From assembly GCA_035193785.1 (NCBI GenBank), contig CP136572.1:4052578-4116577 (forward strand): 64,000 nt of DNA, written 5' to 3'. The notes beneath the pieces were generated by a model, which was not told where the DNA came from, did no database searches, and saw only the letters and a program-made list of their open reading frames with translations. The translations under genes were made by a program, and so were the position numbers. This DNA comes from Planktothrix sp. GU0601_MAG3. Lineage in GTDB: Bacteria > Cyanobacteriota > Cyanobacteriia > Cyanobacteriales > Microcoleaceae. Below, piece after piece: positions 33,707 to 46,013 of the stretch (position 1 is the first letter of the stretch; every line of letters begins with the position of its first letter).

Positions 33707-36700
33707 GTGAACTCAAAATTACTCTCTGACCCCCTACCCTATCCCAACAACTCCCCCAACACCATCCGCATTCGGGGGGCGAAACAACATAACTTGAAAA
33801 ATGTTGATTTGGAGTTACCCCGCGATCGCCTGATCGTTTTTACCGGGGTTTCCGGGTCGGGGAAATCATCCCTCGCCTTTGATACCATCTTCGCCGAAGG
33901 TCAGCGCCGCTATGTGGAGTCCCTGAGCGCCTACGCCCGCCAATTCCTGGGACAACTGGATAAACCCGATGTCGATGCGATCGAGGGGTTGAGTCCCGCC
34001 ATTTCCATTGACCAAAAATCCACCTCCCATAACCCCCGGTCTACCGTTGGGACGGTGACGGAGATTTATGATTATTTGCGGTTGCTGTTTGGTCGGGCGG
34101 GACAGCCCCATTGTCCGATGTGCGATCGCAATATTGCGCCCCAAACTATTGATGAGATGTGCGATCGGATCATGGAAACTTCCAGACCGGACAAAATTTA
34201 TTATCCTAGCTCCGGTTGTTAGGGGGAAAAAAGGCACTCACCGCAAGCTATTATCGAGTTTAGCTTCCCAAGGATTTGTGCGCGTCCGGGTGAATAATGA
34301 GGTTTTTGAACTATCAGAAAATATTGAATTAGATAAAAACCATAGCCATAATATTGAAATTGTTATTGACCGCTTAATTAAAAAACCCGGACTACAAGAA
34401 CGTCTCGCCGATTCCCTAACTACCTGTTTAAAACAATCTAATGGAATTGCAATTATAGGAATAGTAGATGATACATCTAATGATAATTATAGACCAACTG
34501 CCTCGAAAAAAGCAAGTTCTGAAGATCAAAAAGATTCAGAAAATAGCGATAATTCCTATCCATTAGAAAAGGATAATTTTGAACAAACCTCCCTGGGTAA
34601 AGGGGGAGGATCTTTACAATTGGTATTTTCAGAAAATTTTGCCTGTCCCGAACATGGGGCGGTCATGGAAGAACTTTCTCCTCGGTTATTTTCCTTTAAT
34701 TCTCCCTTTGGAGCCTGTCCGAGTTGTCATGGTTTAGGACATCTGAAAACCTTTTCCCCAGAGTTAGTAATTCCCGACTTAACTCAACCAGTTTATACTG
34801 CAATTGCTCCTTGGTCAGAAAAGGATAATTCCTATTATTTATCTATCTTACATAGTGTTGGTCAAGCCTTTGGTTTTGAGATTACTACCCATTGGAATCA
34901 ACTCACAAAAGAACAACAACATATTATCCTTTATGGTTCAGAGGAACCTATTTTAATTGAAACCGATTCTCGGTATCGAGAAAACAAAGGATATTATCGA
35001 CCCTACGCCGGGGTATTGCCATTATTACAACGTCAATATCAAGACAGTGCTTCCGAATTACAAAAGCAAAAATTAGAACAATATTTAATTGATCAACCCT
35101 GCGAAGTTTGTCTGGGAAAAAGACTAAAACCCGAAGCCCTAGCGGTGCGAGTCGGACAATATCAAATAGATGAATTAACGGGGGTTTCTATTCGGGATTG
35201 TTTAGATCGAATTAATCAGTTAAACTTAACCGAAAGACAGGCAAAAATAGCGGAATTAGTTCTGCGGGAAATCAGAGCTAGATTGCAATTTTTACTGGAT
35301 GTGGGATTAGACTATTTAACCCTAGCCAGAACCGCATCCACCCTATCAGGAGGAGAAGCCCAACGGATTCGGTTAGCCACTCAAATCGGGGCGGGTTTAA
35401 CGGGGGTTTTATATGTATTAGATGAGCCTAGTATTGGGTTACATCAACGGGATAATACAAAGTTATTAAATACCTTGATAAAATTACGGGATTTAGGTAA
35501 TACTTTAATTGTGGTTGAACACGATGAAGAAACTATTCGGGCGGCGGATCATTTAGTTGATATTGGGCCGGGGGCGGGGGTGCATGGTGGTGAAATTGTC
35601 GCCCAGGGAAATATAGAGGTTTTATTAAATTCTGAAACCTCTTTGACGGGGGCTTATTTATCAGGAAGAAAACAAATCGAAACCCCCGCAGAAAGAAGAA
35701 AGGGAAATGGAAAACGGATTAAATTAATTAACGCTACCCGCAATAACTTAAATAATATTACCGTGGAAATTCCGTTAGGAAAACTGGTTAGTATTACGGG
35801 GGTTTCTGGTTCGGGAAAATCTACCTTGATGAGTGAATTACTGTATCCATCTTTACAACATCATTTCACCCGAAAAGTACCTTTTCCCAAGGATTTAAAA
35901 GCTGTAGAAGGGTTAGACGTATTGGATAAAGTGATTGTAATTGATCAATCTCCCATTGGTCGCACCCCGAGATCTAACCCTGCCACTTATACCGGAGTTT
36001 TTGATATTATTCGAGATGTTTTTACCGAAACAATTGAAGCCAAAGCCAGAGGTTATAAAGCTGGACAATTTTCCTTTAATGTCAAAGGAGGACGGTGTGA
36101 AGCCTGCGGGGGACAGGGAGTAAATGTGATTGAAATGAACTTTTTGCCCGATGTTTATGTGCAGTGTGAAGTGTGCAAAGGAGCCCGATATAATCGGGAA
36201 ACTTTACACGTTAAATATAAAGGATATTCGATTGCCGATGTATTAAATATGCCTGTAGAAACGGCCTTAGATGTGTTTCAAAATATCCCCCGGGCGGCGA
36301 GTCGTTTACAAACTTTAGTTGATGTCGGTTTGGGTTATATTCGCTTAGGACAACCCGCGCCAACTTTATCAGGGGGAGAAGCCCAACGGGTTAAATTGGC
36401 ATCAGAATTATCAAAAAGAGCCACGGGAAAAACCTTATATTTAATTGACGAAACCGACAACGGGTTTATCCTTTTATGACGTGCATCAATTATTAAATGT
36501 ATTGCAACGTTTGGTGGATAAAGGTAATTCTATTTTAGTAATTGAACACAATTTGGATGTGATTCGTTGTGCAGATTGGGTAATTGATTTAGGGCCAGAG
36601 GGAGGGGATAAAGGAGGAGAATTAATTGCACAAGGAACCCCGGAAGATATTGCTAAAAATGCTAAATCTTATACGGGGATTTATTTAAAACAGGTGTTAA

Positions 36701-36744
36701 AACAACATCATTCTCCAAATATAGTAGTCGCGCCTGGGGTGTGA
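33707..36744 (+). CDS. uvrA: Excinuclease ABC subunit A; +1 insertions at ~34175 and ~36450
   Basis: Two GVSGSGKS Walker A motifs, LSGGEAQR twice, zinc fingers, SNPATY. Confidence 0.98.
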
Positions 36745-36783
36745 GGAAATAAAGTGATCAGTATAGTGCTACGCATTACAGTT

Positions 36784-36811
36784 GTAGAGACGCGCCATGG
36801 CACGTCTCTAC
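36784..36811. repeat. GTAG REP-like palindrome
   Basis: GTAGAGACGCGCCATGGCACGTCTCTAC between convergent uvrA and mrdA. Confidence 0.85.
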
Positions 36812-36856
36812 TAAATCTGTTCCCTTATTAATAAACCCAACCCCATAAAAAAATCC

Positions 36857-38661
36857 CTATTTCCTATTGCTATATTTGCTAAAATAGGTTTTAAAAATAT
36901 CCTGAGCAATCGGAGCCGCAGAAACCGCCCCATATCCCCCGGCTTCGACGACAACGGCGATCGCAATTTCTGGTTTGTTGGCAGGCCCAAACCCCACATA
37001 CATCGCATTATCAGGCTTTCCTGGAATTTCCACCGTTCCTGTTTTACCTCCGGTTAAAGGAATTGAAACCATCATTTAAACCCCGTCCAGTTCCTTTTTT
37101 TACCACATCAATTAATCCAGCCCGAATCAGATTTAGGGTTGACGCAGAAATTTTTGTTTTAATCGGTTTTGTTGGGATTTTATTGGTTTGAGATATTAAT
37201 AAATGGGGTTGAACTCGCCAACCACTATTAGCCACGGTAGAAACCATCACAGCTAATTCTAACGGAGTCGCTAAAACCAAACCTTGACCAATTGCCATGG
37301 TCACCGTATCTCCAATATACCAAGGTTCATCATATAATTTTTCTTTCTCTTTAGGAGTAGGAATTTGCCCTTGATTTGCCCCATCTAACCCCAATAAATC
37401 CAAATTAATTGTCCCAGCAATTCCCAATTCTTTGCCCCATTTAGCAATATTTTCTGGCCCGGTTTTCACCCCAAGCTGATAAAAAAAGGTATTACTACTA
37501 AAAGCCAAAGCTTCTTTAAATCCAATCACACCATAACCCTTTCCATGTTCATTAAAGGAAATCCCCCCAATTTTAATTGATGCAGCAGTCGGGATTTTAG
37601 AAGTAATAGAAAAATTCCCCGATTCAATTCCCGCCGTGGTGGTGACAATCTTAAAGGTACTCCCTGGCGGATACCCCTGTACGGCTCGATTTAATAACGG
37701 TTGTTCAACACTTTGTAGCTTTTTCCAGTCTTGACTTGTTACCTGATTTGTAAATAAATTAGGATCAAAAGTTGGGCCACTAGCTAGGGCTAAAATCGCT
37801 CCGGTTTTGACATTTAAAACCACCACCGCCCCCCGACGATTTGCCAAGGCTTTTTCGGCGGTTTTTTGTAGGGCTAAATCTAATGTTAACTGCACCGATT
37901 GACCCTGTTTAGGAGGTTGCAAACCTAACTCTTGAATTTCCTGACCTTTGGCATCCACTTCCAGTAATCTATTCCCCCAAGTGCCTTTGATTTGGGAATT
38001 TACTAATTTTTCAACTCCCATTTTTCCGGCCATTATTCCCATCGGATCACGAGGATTTGCTTTTAATTCTTCCAGTGTCGCCTCTCCAATATAACCTAAA
38101 ATATGGGCTGCTAATTTTCCATTTGGATAATAACGTCGAGATTCTCCCCGCACTTCAACACCGCGTAAATTTTCCACTTTTTCTGCTAAACCAATAAACA
38201 TTTCAGCCGAAAGATTTGGACTCACTCTCACCGGAATTCGAGATCGATATCCGGTTTTTTCTAATTTTTGCAGAATCTCAGCAGGGGGAACATTTAAAAT
38301 AGTATGGAGTTGTTTAGCAGTGATTTTCCATTGTTCAGGAGACTGTTCCTGGGGCCATAAATATACGGAAACGCGAGAGTTGACTTCCCGCTAATAAATC
38401 CCCGTTTCGATCTAAAATTTGCCCCCGTTTAGCCGGGACAGGAATCAGGCGTAAACGGTTATTTTCCGCCCGAATGCGGTGGTATTCTCCCTCAATCAAT
38501 TGTAACTGTATCAGTTTAATTCCTAAACCTCCAAAAAAACACCCGATTAATAATAATAAAATCACCCCTTTATGAGTCCGATGACGTTGGATTATTGAAT
38601 TTTGTTGGGCTGGGATTGTCAGATAGGGAGATTTAGACGGAAACAGAGATTCGTTAGCCAT
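36857..38661 (-). CDS. mrdA: Penicillin-binding protein 2; +1 insertions at ~38368 and ~37065
   Basis: RGQILDRNG, RYYPNG, PGSTFK (SxxK), SSN (SxN), GKTGT. Confidence 0.93.
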
Positions 38662-38765
38662 AATTAAGAAATTCTTAGGTTAAACTTTATTATTCTTAAT
38701 TGTTAATTCCGGTTTCTTGCCTTAAAATCAGAACAAACTGCCACGTTTTTATGGGGGTTAGATGA

Positions 38766-41158
38766 ATGAGTAGTAGTCATCATCTTGTTTTTCCTCCCCG
38801 GACTTACTCTGGGGAATCCCTGACCACCTCTGAGGTTTTAACTCAACCGAATTCTCCCCACCGTGATGTTGCTGTTGGGGATGATTTACTGATGTTTTTG
38901 GCTATACAAGCTCTACAAAGACAGGTTCCCCCCCGCCTCAAAGTTTTTGATGATTTTGCGACCGAATTTCAAAGGGAAATCTCCAATTATTTTGGCAGTT
39001 ATCAACAGGCTTGTATTTTGATTAATCAATTATTGATAACCGTTGATAATCCGAATATTATCACTCAATATTGCCAGCAAAGTTCCCTAGGGAAGAAACT
39101 ACCCAACGCTTTATATATTCATCGTTCAGCCCTATCTGAGTTAAATATTGTATTGAGAATATATGAACAATTAAGTCGTTTTTATTTACCGTCCTTAAAA
39201 CCCTTTACCTTGATTAAGTTTCATACTAATCAATCATTAATTTCTTATTTATTCTATCCTGATTTTGATCAAGATCCCCATCCGGCCTTAACTGCTAGTT
39301 TTCAAGTAAACGTTAAAACCGGACAGGTAAATATTATGGATTATTCTAATAGTGATAATCCGCCGATTCTGCATCGAAAAGAAACCTTTGTCACTGCAAA
39401 TTATCCCAATTATCAAAAGTTTAAACAACTCACTAAAACCGAAGAACGATTAGGATTATTAGAAACGCCTAAACTTTCATCCCTTCAGGAATTTATTAAC
39501 TCAGAAACTCGTTTATACCGAACCATTGGAACTCGCAAAGGTTGGCAACAACACTTACATAAACATGGGGTAGAAATCCATGATCATCGGGTGATGAAAC
39601 TTTCGGAAATTACCAATAATTTAACCGAATTTAATTCTGAAAATGCCCTACATTTTTCACCTAAAATTGAACGTCATCGCGCCGCTATTCCGCGTAAAAA
39701 TTTATCCCGTCCGATGCGTTTAGCCCTAGAAGCGGAAGTGTTTCAAGAACATAGCACTTTTTTTGATTATGGTTGTGGATATGGGGGAGATATTCAACGG
39801 TTAACGGAAACAGGGGTATACGGGAAGCGGATGGGATCCTTATTATTCTCCCCAAACTCCCCAAATAGAATCCGATATTGTGAATTTGGGATATGTAATT
39901 AATGTAATTGAATGTCAAAACGAACGACGGGAAGCCCTAATTCAAGCCTGGAATTTAGCTCAAAAAGTTTTAATTGTTGCAGCCCAAGTGTTAGTAGATG
40001 CTCAAGAAAAAGGAATTATGGTGTATGGGGATGGGGTGATTACCAGCCGCAATACCTTTCAAAAATATTATCAACAGGAAGAACTCAAAGTTTATATTGA
40101 TCAGGTCTTAGATGTTGATGCAATTCCCTTAGATTTAGGGGTTTATATTGTGTTTCGAGATGAGAGCGAAGCCGAAAAATTTCGAGCCGATCGCTTCCAT
40201 TCTCGCTTAACATCTCCCCGAATTCGTTTGACCTTAAAACGGTTTGAAGATTATCAAGAATTACTCCAACCTTTAATTCAATTTATCAGCGATCGCGGTC
40301 GTTTACCCGTGGAAACCGAACTTCCAGAAGCCGAACAACTCCAACAGGAATTTGGCAGTTTAAAACGAGCTTTTCAAATAATTTTACAAGTCACAAATCC
40401 TGAAGAATGGGACGTGATCGCCCATAAACGCCGTCAGGATTTACTGGTTTATATTGCCTTAAGTCGATTTAGTCGTCGTCCAAAACTATTTCAACTTTCA
40501 GAAGCAATGAAAAATGATATAAAAGGTTTATTCGGTAGTTATAGAAAATCTTGTGATTTGGCAGATTTAATGTTATATACTCTGGGTGATCCTAAAATTA
40601 TTGCCAACCATTGCCAAAACAGTGAAGTAGGTCAAAAACGAGCCAATTCCCTCTGGATTCATATTTCAGCGCTGGAAAAACTCTCTCCATTGCTGCGACT
40701 CTATGAAGGATGTGCTAGTCAAACCCTGGGTCGTCCTGAAGGGGCAAACTTAATTAAGTTTCATATCAAAACCCCCAAAATTTCCTATTTATTTTCCCCA
40801 GATTTTGATCTTGAAACCCATCCGACCCTGAGTAACTGTATGCAAATTGACCTGCGGGATCTTCATGTCAGCTATCAAACTTATGATGGCCCCAACCCCC
40901 CAATTTTGCATCGCAAACACACCTTAGTTAACCCAGAATATCCCCATCATCAACAGTTGGTAAAACTCTCTGACCAAGAGGAAAAATGGGGACTATTCGA
41001 TAACTTTGGGTTGATTCAAACGCGCCTAGGTTGGTTAAAATGTTTAGAAGACCATTGTGCTCAAATCAGGGGTTATCGTGTCTACTGGCGTACCGATGCC
41101 GATCCTTATCGGGTGAAATTATTACGTTTCTGCTCGTCGGAATCGGAATAAATCATAG
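38766..41158 (+). CDS. DNA phosphorothioation-associated putative methyltransferase family protein; +1 insertions at ~39807 and probably ~41126
   Basis: IERHRAAI.R..LSRP, SAM motif FFDYGCGYGGD, corrected GWDPYY, DIVNLGYVINVIE, TFQKYYQQEEL. Duplicated ISYLF.PDFD...NPPILHRK domain. Confidence 0.8.
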
Positions 41159-41239
41159 TTATTGCCCCCGGATCTTTGTTCATCAGTAGCCAATTTATTT
41201 TTTAGTCAGGGTAACACGAATTAGATTCAACATTAAACA

Positions 41240-42037
41240 ATGGATATTAAACAATTACTAGAAAAATACACCCACGGGGAAAGGGATTTTCGAGGCGCTA
41301 TCTTAATTGGGATTCAACTCAATGGCGTTGATTTAAGTAGTGTAGATTTAAGTGGAGCAAATCTGATTAATGCCGACTTGCAAGAAGCGGATTTAAGCGA
41401 AGCCGATTTGACCGGAGTTAACCTAATTAATGCTAATTTAAGTGGTGCTGATTTAAGTGGTTCGGATCTAAGTCGCGCCTATCTAAATGGAGCCAAATTA
41501 GTTGGTGCTTATCTCAACCGCACCCATTTAATTAATACCTATTTAAGTGGAGCCAATTTAATTTATACTAAACTAATTGGGGCTAATTTAACCGGGGCAA
41601 ATCTAACTAATGTTAAATTAATTAATGCGAATTTGACTCGGGCAGTTCTGACCAATGCTAATCTCACCGGAGTTAATTTAATTGGTGCGGATCTCAAAAG
41701 TGCTAACCTTTTAGGAGCCGATCTCAGGGGGGCAAATTTAAGTGGAACCTTAATTGATGAAACTACCCAACTGAGTGACAAATGGCGGCTGGTTCAAGAA
41801 ATAGTTACCCAAGGGGCAATTGAACGGGATTTAAGTTATGCAGATTTGAAAGAAACTAACTTAATTGGAGCTAATTTAACCCGAGCTAATTTAAGTAATG
41901 CTGATCTAAGCGGTTCTAATTTAAGTGGCATTTATCTCACCAATACTATTGTCGAAAACACCAAATTTGTCGGTGTGGTGGGGCTCTCTCCTGAAGCTAA
42001 ACTCAACCTCAAACAACGGGGGGCTATATTAGATTAG
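41240..42037 (+). CDS. Pentapeptide repeat protein
   Basis: Y..GERDF start and many A(D/N)Lxx repeats. Confidence 0.93.
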   Translation: MDIKQLLEKYTHGERDFRGAILIGIQLNGVDLSSVDLSGANLINADLQEADLSEADLTGVNLINANLSGADLSGSDLSRAYLNGAKLVGAYLNRTHLINTYLSGANLIYTKLIGANLTGANLTNVKLINANLTRAVLTNANLTGVNLIGADLKSANLLGADLRGANLSGTLIDETTQLSDKWRLVQEIVTQGAIERDLSYADLKETNLIGANLTRANLSNADLSGSNLSGIYLTNTIVENTKFVGVVGLSPEAKLNLKQRGAILD

Positions 42038-42066
42038 GAATCAATTTCCTCCTGATTAATCCCTAC

Positions 42067-44606
42067 CTAACTATTGATTTTATTCAAGACTTGTAAATTC
42101 TGCCAAGCTTGAATAAAATTCCCCTGTAGGAGTTGAGAAACCCCGACTAAAACCTTAAATTCAGGTTGATTTGGGTTTAACTCTAGGGCAGGTTTTAGTG
42201 CCTGTTCTGCTAATTTGGCTTGTAAATTATAGAGATAAACAAACCCTAAATAGGCGTGAGCATTGGGATTTTTACTATCAAGTTGAGTTACTATTTTTAA
42301 GGCTGCGATCGCCCCTTCCGCATCCTGTTGTAAAACATTAGCCAAAGCTAAATTATAAGCTAAATCCAATCGATTAGGCTCCAGTTTTAAGCGATATTCT
42401 AAGGCTTTTTCCGCTTGAATTGTATAGTCTTGAGTCGGATCATATTGATTAATTCTTCCCACCTGAGCAAAAATCGGATCTAACCCCTTAATTCCTGCGG
42501 GTAAATTAACGGTTAATAGTCTTAACTGCGTCACTAAATCTAACTCGGGGGCGGCGACGGGGGGAATTTTAGGATCAATTTTCAAGATAATATTAGGGGT
42601 GTTAATTTTATAGTTTTTCCCCGTTTCTCGGTTCAAATAAGTTGCTTCTAATTGATAATTTCCCGGAATTAAATCAACCGGAGGAAACATCGCCATTCGT
42701 TTCTGTGACTTGATAACTTTTATCCGGTGCATCCCCATATAATTGTCCTGTTCCTATCCCATGATCATGAATCCAAAAAGATAAACCTTTGGGGTTAGGA
42801 GGAGTTAACTTCCAATTTAAAATTACAATTCCCTGCTGCAAATCGCGTAACGATCCCCGCCATTGATAAGTAACTGGAACCGGAAGACCAGGGGGGGCTT
42901 GAGTCGGAATTAAAACCCGTTCTAACTCTATTTTGGGAATTGATGTTTTTAGAGGTAAAACTTCTACAAAGGGAATAATTCTTTCATATAAATTCAAAAA
43001 ACTATTATCGGGTAATAGCCATTGTTTATTCAGCTTAAATTCGGGACTGGTTTCTAAGGTTTGCATCGTCATTTGTTGAGCATCCTGTACCCGATTTACT
43101 GAACCCTGTTGTCCGGTTTTAGTCACAAACCAAGACATTGATCGCACATCCTGTGAAACGTTCTTTTTATTCGTTCCCACCTGTCTCCCGTGAACCTGAG
43201 AACCTTGTAAGGAAACCGTAATAGTTTAAATTATGTTGATTAATTTCTGGCGTTGAAGGTAATACTCCTAAATTGCTTTTTAAATAGGGTTGGGATGCAA
43301 TAATTTCGGTAATTACTTGTTCATGGGGCCAAGGGTTTCCTAAATAAACATGATGTTCGTTTCCTGGGTTGAAAGTTCTGATCACTTGTCTAACCGGATA
43401 ACTGCCAATTGGCCATAAATTAAACATCATTAATATTATTCCTAAACCCAAGGTTCCCCACCGAATTTGTCGCCCCCAACTTTGAGGAAATAAGGTTAAA
43501 AAATAGGCTAAAACAATTGCTAAAACCGGAAGTAAGGGTAAACTATAGCGGAAATCTTTATTCACATTTAGGGAACAGAGGAGATATCCCCCCAACCAAA
43601 ATATTGCTAACCATTTTAAGGATATCCAGTTTAATTGTAATTTTGAGAAATGTTCAAAGGGATGATGCTGTTGATTCCAAGATAAAGAATAGTGTTTAAT
43701 AATATAGAATAAAAGACCAATAATCGGAATAATTAATAGGGGGAAAGAAACATGGGCGGGCAGTAATTTAAAATAATATGTCCAAGCATCTAAACTGGTT
43801 AAAGCCGGATCACCTTCGGCGATCGCAGAATCCAGGGTTGCTCGTTTTCCTGAAGTTAACATTAATAACCAATTGGTTTTCGCCCAAGGAAAAATAATTG
43901 CTGTTGATAATAATAACGCCAGGAATAATTGTGAAAATCGCTGCCATTGACGTTTTTTTAAAACTCCTACCGTTACCCATAATAGGGGAGTAAACAGGAA
44001 AAAAAGAGCCGTTTGTTTAGTCAAAAGAGCTAATCCAAAAGTTACCCCAAATAGAATAGCCCACCGCCAAGAATGAGTTAGTTTTTTATCGCAATTATCA
44101 AGACCAGAACACCACCATAAAGTCAAGCTATAGAAACTTAATGTCACCATAGCAGTTAACGGATAATCGAGTAAAAATTGTAACCTATGGTGATAAAGTC
44201 CGGGTAAAATAGCACAAATAGCCGTTGCCCAAAATCCTACGGAACGGTTAAATAATAGGGTTCCTAAACCGTAAACTGAAGCAAATAAAATAGCACTAAA
44301 TAATAGATGAACCGCATTAGTTTGATCCGGCCCTATTCCTAATATATTCTGAAAGGGAATAGTTAATAAATAGGTCAAGGGGGGAATTTTAGGGGACATC
44401 ATCCACATCTGAGTCCACCAGTCCCCGGAAAACCATTGGGGTTGTTGCCAAACTTGCCAATAATTTAAGGCCTCATTCAGATAATCCGCCTGATCCCAAG
44501 CGGGAACAGACCGATCCATCCTAAACCATAGGCGATCGCTCACCGCCACCACCAGCCAAATTAAGCCAACCCCAAGGATCTCTGCGGGGGGTTTGTTGTG
44601 CTTCAT
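42067..44606 (-). CDS. GT-C (family 39/PMT-like) membrane glycosyltransferase with C-terminal TPRs; +1 insertions at ~43212 and ~42699
   Basis: PAWDQADYL, KIPPL, FLLDYPL, NKDFRY, multiple TM helices, TPR-like C-terminus. Confidence 0.85.
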
Positions 44607-44749
44607 CGTTGTCCTTCCTAATAAGATTTGTGAACCCAACCCGGACGGCCAAATCTCCAAAGTCAATCAATCAGAGGGTTTGGAGACCGAACCCCTACAA
44701 TAAAATACTACGATTGATTCCGATTGGAAAAAATTTCTCCGCCAGGGGG

Positions 44750-44778
44750 TTGCCAAACTCAATTCTATTTGCTAGATT
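44750..44778 (+). promoter_or_regulatory. Sigma70-type promoter of tRNA-Phe
   Basis: TTGCCA-17 bp-TAGATT ending 17 bp before the tRNA. Confidence 0.65.
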
Positions 44779-44795
44779 AGTAAAAGTGAAAACGA

Positions 44796-44868
<73 letters not shown>

Positions 44869-44893
44869 TCCTAAAGCATTAGACCGTTACTGA

Positions 44894-45325
44894 TTAACTC
44901 AGTTGCGGTCTAATTTTATGATGGCGATAACGCCAGTAATCTTTGAGAATCCGATCATGATCAAAACAGAGGTTTTGCGGGATTCTCCAGGGTTCAAAAA
45001 GTTCTAAATGTTTCGCATCATCAGCCGCCTGGGGTTCGCCAATTGCTGTGGCTAAAAACACGACGCTCAGGGTATGTTGACGGGGATCTCGACTCGGATC
45101 GGAATACACATGAAATTGTTCAATTAACTCGATATCTAATCCCGTTTCTTCCTTAGCTTCCCGAATAGCTGCGGTTTCAACGGATTCTCCATAATCTACA
45201 AATCCCCCAGGAATTGCCCATCCAAAGGGCGGATTTTTGCGTTCAATTAATACAATCGGTCTGGCTGGGCGATCGCTTAATTCAATAATAATATCAACGG
45301 TAGGAGCAGGATTGCGATAATTCAT
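44894..45325 (-). CDS. NUDIX hydrolase (ADP-ribose pyrophosphatase-like)
   Basis: [24 protein letters not shown]udix box, RDPR, FDH. Confidence 0.93.
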   Translation of the reverse strand: MNYRNPAPTVDIIIELSDRPARPIVLIERKNPPFGWAIPGGFVDYGESVETAAIREAKEETGLDIELIEQFHVYSDPSRDPRQHTLSVVFLATAIGEPQAADDAKHLELFEPWRIPQNLCFDHDRILKDYWRYRHHKIRPQLS

Positions 45326-45363
45326 AAATCAGGGAAACAGGGAATAGGGAATGAGTTATATCT

Positions 45364-45391
45364 GTAGAGACGTGCCATGGCGCGTCTCTAC
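45364..45391. repeat. GTAG REP-like palindrome
   Basis: GTAGAGACGTGCCATGGCGCGTCTCTAC. Confidence 0.85.
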
Positions 45392-45396
45392 TCAAA

Positions 45397-45948
45397 TTAA
45401 TTTAAACCATGGGATTGAGGTTTTAAAATAGTGGGAATTTTTTCTAAGATTTGGGTAACAACCTGTTGCGGGACACCGCCGGGATTAATTTTAATTTCGA
45501 GATCGGCTTGAGCGTAAAGGGATTGACGTTTTTCTAATATAGTTTGTAATTGTTGTAACGGGTCGGGATGTTGTAATAAGGGTCGAGTTTGATCTTCTTT
45601 TAAACGGTTATAGAGTTCTTCCACGGGAACATTCAGCCAAATAATCATTCCATGTCTGAGATAACTCCAATTCATTTGTTTAAGAATAATTCCTCCTCCC
45701 GTCGCCACCACAAATTTTTTATAGGCACAAATTTCTGATAAAACTTGAGATTCTAACTCCCTAAAAGCCGCTTCTCCTTCCGTGGCAAAGATATCAGTAA
45801 TAGACTGATGGGTTACTTGGCTAACTAAATCATCGGTATCCATAAACCGATACTCTAACTGTTTGGCTAATAATCGGCCAATGGTGCTTTTCCCTGACCC
45901 CATCATCCCAATTAAATAAATATTGATGCCTTTTAACTGTTCTTGCAA
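45397..45948 (-). CDS. aroK: Shikimate kinase
   Basis: GMMGSGKSTIG, DTD, GEAAFRELE, ATGGG, RPLL. Confidence 0.95.
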   Translation of the reverse strand: MQEQLKGINIYLIGMMGSGKSTIGRLLAKQLEYRFMDTDDLVSQVTHQSITDIFATEGEAAFRELESQVLSEICAYKKFVVATGGGIILKQMNWSYLRHGMIIWLNVPVEELYNRLKEDQTRPLLQHPDPLQQLQTILEKRQSLYAQADLEIKINPGGVPQQVVTQILEKIPTILKPQSHGLN

Positions 45949-46013
45949 AGTTGATAACTCTCCATTAAAAACGATTCTTTAGTATATCATTTATTCGATT
46001 TTACACTAATTAT

